DNA of 63,381 nucleotides, filler included, from Stramenopiles sp. TOSAG23-2 (Eukaryota): the NCBI GenBank assembly GCA_900128395.1. It is 7 parts of 7 records of this genome, joined end to end, with 100 filler letters (N's around TTAATTAATTAA, not from the genome) between each part and the next. Parts side by side here need not be neighbours in the genome. Positions count along the whole stretch, not along the records: positions 56,776 to 58,353 come from LT652658.1; positions 58,454 to 60,030 come from LT652659.1; positions 60,131 to 61,707 come from LT652660.1; positions 61,808 to 63,381 come from LT652661.1; 3 more parts are not named here. The stretch is one strand, 5' to 3'. The position numbers and the translations under genes are program-made. Below are positions 57,402 to 63,381 of the stretch, one piece after another. The notes under the pieces were generated by a model, which worked only from the letters and a program-made list of their open reading frames with translations, made no database searches and was not told the DNA's origin. Within the stretch, counting starts at the first letter, position 1, and each line of letters begins with the position of its first letter.

Positions 57402-58097
57402 ACTTTAAAAAAAAAGGAAAGCAAAAAATTAAGGAAAACGTTACAAATGTATATAGAGCGTATGGAATTAATCAAAGCGTTATTGCCTTCACTTGAAACA
57501 TCGAATAATGTACGTCAATTAGTCTCCCTTGAAAAACAACCTTCCACAGAAAATGTCGAAAAAGAAAAATTAAAACAACTGAAAGAAGATAGTATTAAGT
57601 TAAAAGCGTTAGAAAAGCTTGCTAGAGAAGATTTTCTTTGCCCAATTTCATGTATGTTAACCAAAGAATAACAAAAAACCATTTCCGCAATATATTTCGC
57701 TAACATTTTTATATTTATTATCACCCTCATTCATCATCATACATATAATCTTTATATTTTATTTAAATATTATCATATCAATATGATAATATATTTATTT
57801 AAATATATATATTGACGTATAATATATTTTATATTTAAAAATATAAATAAAATAATAATAGATGATATTATGGTAGATCCTGTTGTTGCAAATGATGGTT
57901 ATACATATGATCGAAAAAATATTGAAGAATGGTGGCAAAAATCAGATTTATCACCAATGACTGGTTTACCAATAGAATCTAAATCATTAATTCCAAATCA
58001 TACTTTAAAAAGTGCAATATCCAGTTGGAATGAGACAATGGGATTTCAAGATAAAGAAGGAGCAGAAGAAGATGAAGAAGAAGATGCATCATCATAG
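57102..58097 (+). CDS. MIT-domain + U-box E3 ubiquitin ligase; exons 57102-57651 and 57862-58097
   Basis: MIT-like KAVEYD...AL.FY...Y.ERME.IK. The spliced U-box reads FLCPISYDIMVDPV...GYTYDR..I..W..SPMT..L.PN. Confidence 0.85.
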
Positions 58098-58353
58098 TCG
58101 CGTGTGTAGTTTGTGTGTGTGTGTGTTGTACTGTAATATATAGTGAAGTAATTTAAAACGTTGTTTTCTTTTTTTACCAAACAGCAGCAGGCGGGGAAGA
58201 CAACACACACTATGCATACACACTATATTTTTTTTACTGGTATATTTATAAATACGACGTGTAATATTTTAATTTTACCCCCTCCCCCTTCCCTAGTATA
58301 TACCACTTTTAAAATCTCTTTTGATTATTTCGTACTTCCCAATCTCTACTAGC

Positions 58354-58453
58354 NNNNNNNNNNNNNNNNNNNNNNNNNNNNNNNNNNNNNNNNNNNNTTA
58401 ATTAATTAANNNNNNNNNNNNNNNNNNNNNNNNNNNNNNNNNNNNNNNNNNNN
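58354..58453. other. Artificial contig spacer
   Basis: N44-TTAATTAATTAA-N44. Confidence 0.97.
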
Positions 58454-58680
58454 AATGTTCTCTTACTCATATATTATATAAATTTCTTTTACTCCCGTTC
58501 ATTAACATCTCAAATCAAAAATGATTTTTAAATACTTATTTATTATACTGGTACGTAGTTAATATATATATATACGTATATATATATAATATATGAAAGA
58601 AGAGTATATAATATACGTTCGTATATATAAATAAAGTAAAAAAAAATAAAATATTTTGTTCTACACAATTTTTTTGTTGT

Positions 58681-59997
58681 TTAGTACCATTGTCCATTTT
58701 CTTGTATTGCTACGACATTTGTTGCTATTGGTACTACTACATCATCATTTTCAACCTGTTCTCTTCTTGTTCTTGATTCATTATTTACATAAATACTTTC
58801 ATAATCAGTAATATTTCTACTATTGTTGATAGGACCAAGATTATCATCGTTGTCCAAAAGTAATTCATATGGAGTCAATCCATTGTTCATGTTGTTGTTG
58901 TTGTTGTTGTTATCATCATCATAATGATCACCATCATTAATTCCAGCATCTTCTAATAAGTTGCTTAATCGTCTTCTTTCGTTTTCGTTTGGTAGATACG
59001 GTATTCTTCTCCAAACAAAAGATGCTGCAATTGTACATAAAAACAACCATGGAAATGTTGAAAACGTTTGAGTGATTGATAATATTGTAAATCCAGAAAT
59101 AGCAGAATCACACAATCCTCCTCTAACAACGTTGTTCCAGATATCATTTATCGCTTTGCATTCAATTAATGTATTCACTTGGTTTAATTGATCAATCGCA
59201 GATTCTAGTTCATTTATTAAATTAGTAACTGCAGGATCTGCCTTGTCCGGATCACAAAATTCCACCCATACATTCAATTTTAATTGAAAACCTAATATTG
59301 TATTATTAGCTTTTATCACTTTATCACGTATTGGATTTGTACCAGTACAGGTCAAATAATATTTAACTTCATCATAAATCAAGCCATGGCTATCATTATC
59401 ACTAATGGTAAAATGTTGTTTTAAATCTTGTGGAGATGAAGCCAAAGTTAAAGCTACTTTTTGTGGATCAATACAAATATCGCTTAACGTTAAACTTGCT
59501 CCAATTTCAAATGATGCAGCAAATAATAAAATTAATATGCATAATGGAGTAAGACAAATAAAAGTAAAACGCAACATGTATTTACTTCGTATACAACTAG
59601 TAGCAATATATGTAATGGCACCAATCACTAAAATGAATGCTAATGGCAAGCCAAAAACAATTCGTCGATCAAGTGCATATTTATTTAAAAAGCTATTTAT
59701 GTCTAAATTCAATATAAACGATATTATATTTTTCGTTGAAATTGCAATATCATCTAATGAATGGCCAAAGTGAGTTGCTTCAATTTTCATTTCACCTAAC
59801 TCTTTATCTGCTTGAGGCCATGGACATGATTTTACATTGTGTAAATTTTTTAGCATTCCATCATCTAATACGCTAGTTTTAATTGCAATATTTTTTGCAG
59901 GTGTTAAAAGGTTTGTAACATTTATTACACCATTTTCGATATCAGCAAAACCTGTATCTACAGCAATGTCTCCTAGAAATGGGCAATATTGTACCAT
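58681..59997 (-). CDS. Tweety-family-like membrane protein (probably 5' partial)
   Basis: SDICIDP, YYLTC.GTNP, C.......GLCD motifs with three TM segments. Confidence 0.65.
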   Translation of the reverse strand: MVQYCPFLGDIAVDTGFADIENGVINVTNLLTPAKNIAIKTSVLDDGMLKNLHNVKSCPWPQADKELGEMKIEATHFGHSLDDIAISTKNIISFILNLDINSFLNKYALDRRIVFGLPLAFILVIGAITYIATSCIRSKYMLRFTFICLTPLCILILLFAASFEIGASLTLSDICIDPQKVALTLASSPQDLKQHFTISDNDSHGLIYDEVKYYLTCTGTNPIRDKVIKANNTILGFQLKLNVWVEFCDPDKADPAVTNLINELESAIDQLNQVNTLIECKAINDIWNNVVRGGLCDSAISGFTILSITQTFSTFPWLFLCTIAASFVWRRIPYLPNENERRRLSNLLEDAGINDGDHYDDDNNNNNNNMNNGLTPYELLLDNDDNLGPINNSRNITDYESIYVNNESRTRREQVENDDVVVPIATNVVAIQENGQWY

Positions 59998-60030
59998 TTA
60001 TTTTGGTTGTTTATTTCTCAAAATTTTTGG

Positions 60031-60130
60031 NNNNNNNNNNNNNNNNNNNNNNNNNNNNNNNNNNNNNNNNNNNNTTAATTAATTAANNNNNNNNNNNNNN
60101 NNNNNNNNNNNNNNNNNNNNNNNNNNNNNN
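60031..60130. other. Artificial contig spacer
   Basis: N44-TTAATTAATTAA-N44. Confidence 0.97.
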
Positions 60131-60772
60131 GAACGTACGCCATTGCATTTATTGCTTTCAATGCCTCCACCAGCATTAAGTTTGACAAAGGAACATGTGT
60201 CTATCGTGAAACACTGCATATCAAGTGTCAATGTAAATGGTTTAATAGATATTAATGCAACTGATCGTTATGGCAATACGGCATTATTGGCATTTTGCAA
60301 AGTTACTGCTGGCATACCTCAAAAAGGTGAAGGTCGTGCATTTTATAAATGGGCTACCAATATTATTGATGCGTTATTGATGCAAGGTGCAGATGCAAAA
60401 ATTGTTAGTCGACATGGTTTAAGTCCATTAGACATGGCAGGATTTTGGGATCTTGCACCAGCTGCTAAAAAAGTCAGGGCACATGGTGGAACATTATATG
60501 ATTTAATATGGTCTCAATTGGCTTTAGATAATCGAAGGAAAGAGAAACAGAAAAAGCTAAATGTGCATCATTATGATAAGAGAGGATCAGAAAATTACAG
60601 CCGTCATGGTAATAATTTCAGTAACGATCGTCAACGCCATTATTCTGCAAATACGCCATTGTCTTCTGCAAATAATATTAATGCAACTACGCCAATGCAT
60701 GTGGAAAAAATAAATGGATTGTTAGATAAAGCATCGTCGATAAGTGAATTAACAAATAGGCATTTGAATTAA
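60131..60772 (+). CDS. Ankyrin-repeat protein (5' partial)
   Basis: RTPLHL, INATDRYGNTAL, GAD...HGLSPLDMA; the frame is open from the contig edge. Confidence 0.8.
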   Translation, partial: ERTPLHLLLSMPPPALSLTKEHVSIVKHCISSVNVNGLIDINATDRYGNTALLAFCKVTAGIPQKGEGRAFYKWATNIIDALLMQGADAKIVSRHGLSPLDMAGFWDLAPAAKKVRAHGGTLYDLIWSQLALDNRRKEKQKKLNVHHYDKRGSENYSRHGNNFSNDRQRHYSANTPLSSANNINATTPMHVEKINGLLDKASSISELTNRHLN

Positions 60773-61030
60773 AGAACAGTTTTGATTAATTTTTAATTGT
60801 AATATAGAAAATATGAGACATGATATTGATAAAATGATTGATTTTTATTTGTAATATATCATATACAGCTTTTCCGTATATTATATGTTTTGAGATTTTA
60901 TACGTATTTTACGCGCTTTTTTTGACAAATGCTGCATAGACTTGTGGCATTAATGGTTTATGTCGAACAACTGTTTCGCTGTTGCATCAGAGTAACGCGA
61001 TTATTTTGTACAAACATTTGTATTAAATGT

Positions 61031-61375
61031 TTAGCGGAAGAACCTTTTGCCTTGTTGAACAACTTTTTTACTTTTTTTGCCTTGTTGAACAACTTTTTTA
61101 CTTTTTTTGCCATTAGCAGGTTTACCTTTTCCAGGGATGATTCTGCGCAAAAGTTTGCCAGCATCTTCTTGCAATTGCAAGATCTTGCTAGAAATTTCGC
61201 GGTTTTCCTTTTCTCTGCTCCTCTGGTCACTTTTCCCAGCTTCCTTGCCTTCTTTAATAGCACTTACAAGTGTCATTAAAGCACCTTTCAAAGTTACAAC
61301 ATCTGATTTTACACTTGCTAATTCTTCATTCATTTGTTGCAACTTGATACCTTTGTCATAGTTGCAAATTTTCAA
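61031..61375 (-). CDS. Short coiled-coil/basic ORF containing a 30-bp tandem repeat
   Basis: GKKSKKVVQQ twice; no clear ATG; the frame runs into the upstream repeat cluster. Confidence 0.3.
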   Translation of the reverse strand: MKICNYDKGIKLQQMNEELASVKSDVVTLKGALMTLVSAIKEGKEAGKSDQRSREKENREISSKILQLQEDAGKLLRRIIPGKGKPANGKKSKKVVQQGKKSKKVVQQGKRFFR

Positions 61376-61395
61376 TGTCTTAATTTCGTCGCCAT

Positions 61396-61580
61396 TTTCT
61401 TGTCCTCCTGAGCGTCGTGTGTTCTGACTAAGCTCTATTCTTGTCCTAGCTCTCCTGAGCGTCGTGTGTTTCGACTATTCTTTTGTCCTAGTCTTGTCCT
61501 AGTCGGAACACACGACGCTCAGTCTCAGGAGAGCGTTTTCTTGTCCTAGTCGGAACACACGACACACGACGCGCAGGAAC
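61396..61580. repeat. Cluster of direct and inverted GC-rich repeats
   Basis: CTGAGCGTCGTGTGTT..GACTA twice forward and twice reverse (last copy partial), interleaved with TCTTGTCCTAG-type copies. Confidence 0.85.
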
Positions 61581-61707
61581 TCCCCTCGAACCCTACTTTA
61601 AACACTATCATGAAAATTGGGGTGGGAACGGCCCCTTTTCGCAGCTCTGCAAGTTTTGGACACCTTTCAGCAGCTGCAATATTTATTCTTTATGCATTTC
61701 TTGCATC

Positions 61708-61807
61708 NNNNNNNNNNNNNNNNNNNNNNNNNNNNNNNNNNNNNNNNNNNNTTAATTAATTAANNNNNNNNNNNNNNNNNNNNNNNNNNNNNNNNNNNNN
61801 NNNNNNN
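61708..61807. other. Artificial contig spacer
   Basis: N44-TTAATTAATTAA-N44. Confidence 0.97.
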
Positions 61808-62080
61808 ATTATTTTTTAAAAAGTTCTTCTTCTGGTTCTCGCACTAAATTCTCTCTCAAAACACATCGGCGGTTTGATGGAATAATTGCGTTATATCTCA
61901 TAAATATATACGCGCTTTCCATTATATTATTTTTTTATCAACTGTGTTTATCATTTTTTAAACATTGTACGACTAGAATATATAAACGTACATGTTATTA
62001 TAGAAATTTTAATCTATGCAATGTTTCCATGTCTCCTATGGTGTATATATGCTTATTTTATATATTATATCAGTATAGAA

Positions 62081-62431
62081 CTACTTCTTTTCATTTGCTG
62101 CACTATTAAGAATTTTAAGAATCTTCTTCGTACAGGCAAATAATTTTTCTTTCGTTGATATAAAACCTTGTCCTTTTAACTTTGAATGTACCATTTTATT
62201 ATTTACACTTACTTCAAATGACAATGGTACACTAGGTTTACATTCAACAGATACATGATGTCCTTTTTTTTTACATAGACGTTCGATTTGGCCTTTGACT
62301 TTTCGTGCATACGCACCAAAACCTCAGCTAGTACCATGGCTTAATGTAATAATAGTTACATTTTCTTTACTATAGTTTACATTTTCACATTCTTGTTTGC
62401 TGCCTCAGAACGAGGCTGTCTTGTTGTTCAT
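62081..62431 (-). CDS. Selenoprotein W / Rdx-family protein with in-frame TGA (putative Sec); absent from the ORF track
   Basis: Manual translation: MNNKTASF(TGA)GSKQECENVNYSKENVTIITLSHGTS(TGA)GFGAYARKVKGQIERL...SFEVSVNNKMVHSKLKGQGFISTKEKL...(TAG). The FEV..N...VHSK..G.GF signature and the U-G position match SelW. Confidence 0.75.
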
Positions 62432-63107
62432 ATTTTTGCGTTCGTCTTTTATTGATGCGGGTATTGTTACTATGTTTGGATATTTGTTCTATACTTGACG
62501 ATTATCTTTCGTTATCATTGAAATTTTATTAGGAACGAAAAAAACATATAATAACCTGGATAACGTTTTCACACACCACCGCACCTCCAGCACACAAAAA
62601 AAACAACAAAACATGTATAATATGCTTCTCGATTTCTTCTATAAATTAGTCCAAATTTCAATATCCAATATGTATGTTATACGTATGTTAAAATGGTAAA
62701 CAGGTGTCACATCTCGTTGATATAATAATAATAGTCTTGGAATACAAAGTGTGTTAGTGTTACAGAAGTTAAAGTATAAAAGGCTGATGTCGTCTGAGAT
62801 AAAAGACTGTTGTCAATTTTAAGTGCAATATTAGCATCCAAATACTATTAAATAACATTACACACCATAGGAATCTTTTTCATCTCCACATATTCATCAT
62901 CTCATCAGGTATTACCAGGTAGAAAAAGAATCAATAGAAGATATATTCTATACAGTCTGTATATAAATATTTACAACTTAATAGACGACATTTGAATATA
63001 GATATATAATCATCACATAACATTCTATCATACAAAGACTAAACTAGATATACAAATAATCAATAAAAATAAAAGAAAAATAATATATATATATATCACA
63101 AAAAAAT

Positions 63108-63381
63108 ATGGCATCATTAACTGCAATACAATCAGATGCATCTAAAGTATTTGGACATTTACGTCAATCTGGATTTGAAGCAAAAGAAGGACACCCATGT
63201 TGGATGGAATTAGGGGAAACTTTAAAAGAAACGAAAATACCAGAGGATAAAATTCCTATGTTACGTATGTTATCAAATATGGGTGTACAGCATTCTGATG
63301 AACAAAAACAATTGAAAGCATCTATTGAAGCATCTGCACCTATATCAAAATATTTACAATCTATTGAAGATACATTCAATG
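63108..63381 (+). CDS. Hypothetical protein, 3' truncated by the window end
   Basis: ATG after an A-rich leader; 91 open codons (MASLTAIQSDASKVFGHLRQSGFEAKEGHPCW...). Confidence 0.6.
   Translation, partial: MASLTAIQSDASKVFGHLRQSGFEAKEGHPCWMELGETLKETKIPEDKIPMLRMLSNMGVQHSDEQKQLKASIEASAPISKYLQSIEDTFN

Noticed and set aside
61808-62080. SECIS candidates downstream of the SelW-like gene
   Set aside because: The ATGA...AA...GA arrangements on the minus strand lack a pairing helix II by eye; the element may lie beyond the contig end.

Overview
AT-rich, gene-dense, intron-poor eukaryotic DNA, most likely from a heterotrophic protist. A stramenopile-like origin is inferred from the gene set (CDPK, DUF3228, EGF-LRR, Munc13-like, poly-Asn tracts). 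The window is an artificial concatenation of 7 contigs joined by 100-nt N44-TTAATTAATTAA-N44 spacers, so adjacency across spacers has no biological meaning. It holds about 30 nuclear protein genes or fragments, plus one foreign green-algal plastid contig (psbD-psbC) that ends in an Illumina adapter. Main observations: (1) three sequence-related spliceosomal introns (83, 85 and 102 nt) in two unrelated genes, a candidate introner family; (2) a SelW/Rdx-family selenoprotein gene missed by the ORF track, with an in-frame TGA, a non-canonical GxxU motif and a possible second UGA; (3) a cytochrome b561-b5-FAD reductase fusion; (4) bacterial-type genes (YfhO-like with introns, Cj0069-like ATP-grasp); (5) transposon-like repeat arrays and a decayed GIY-YIG nuclease. 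All family assignments come from motif recognition by eye, not database searches.
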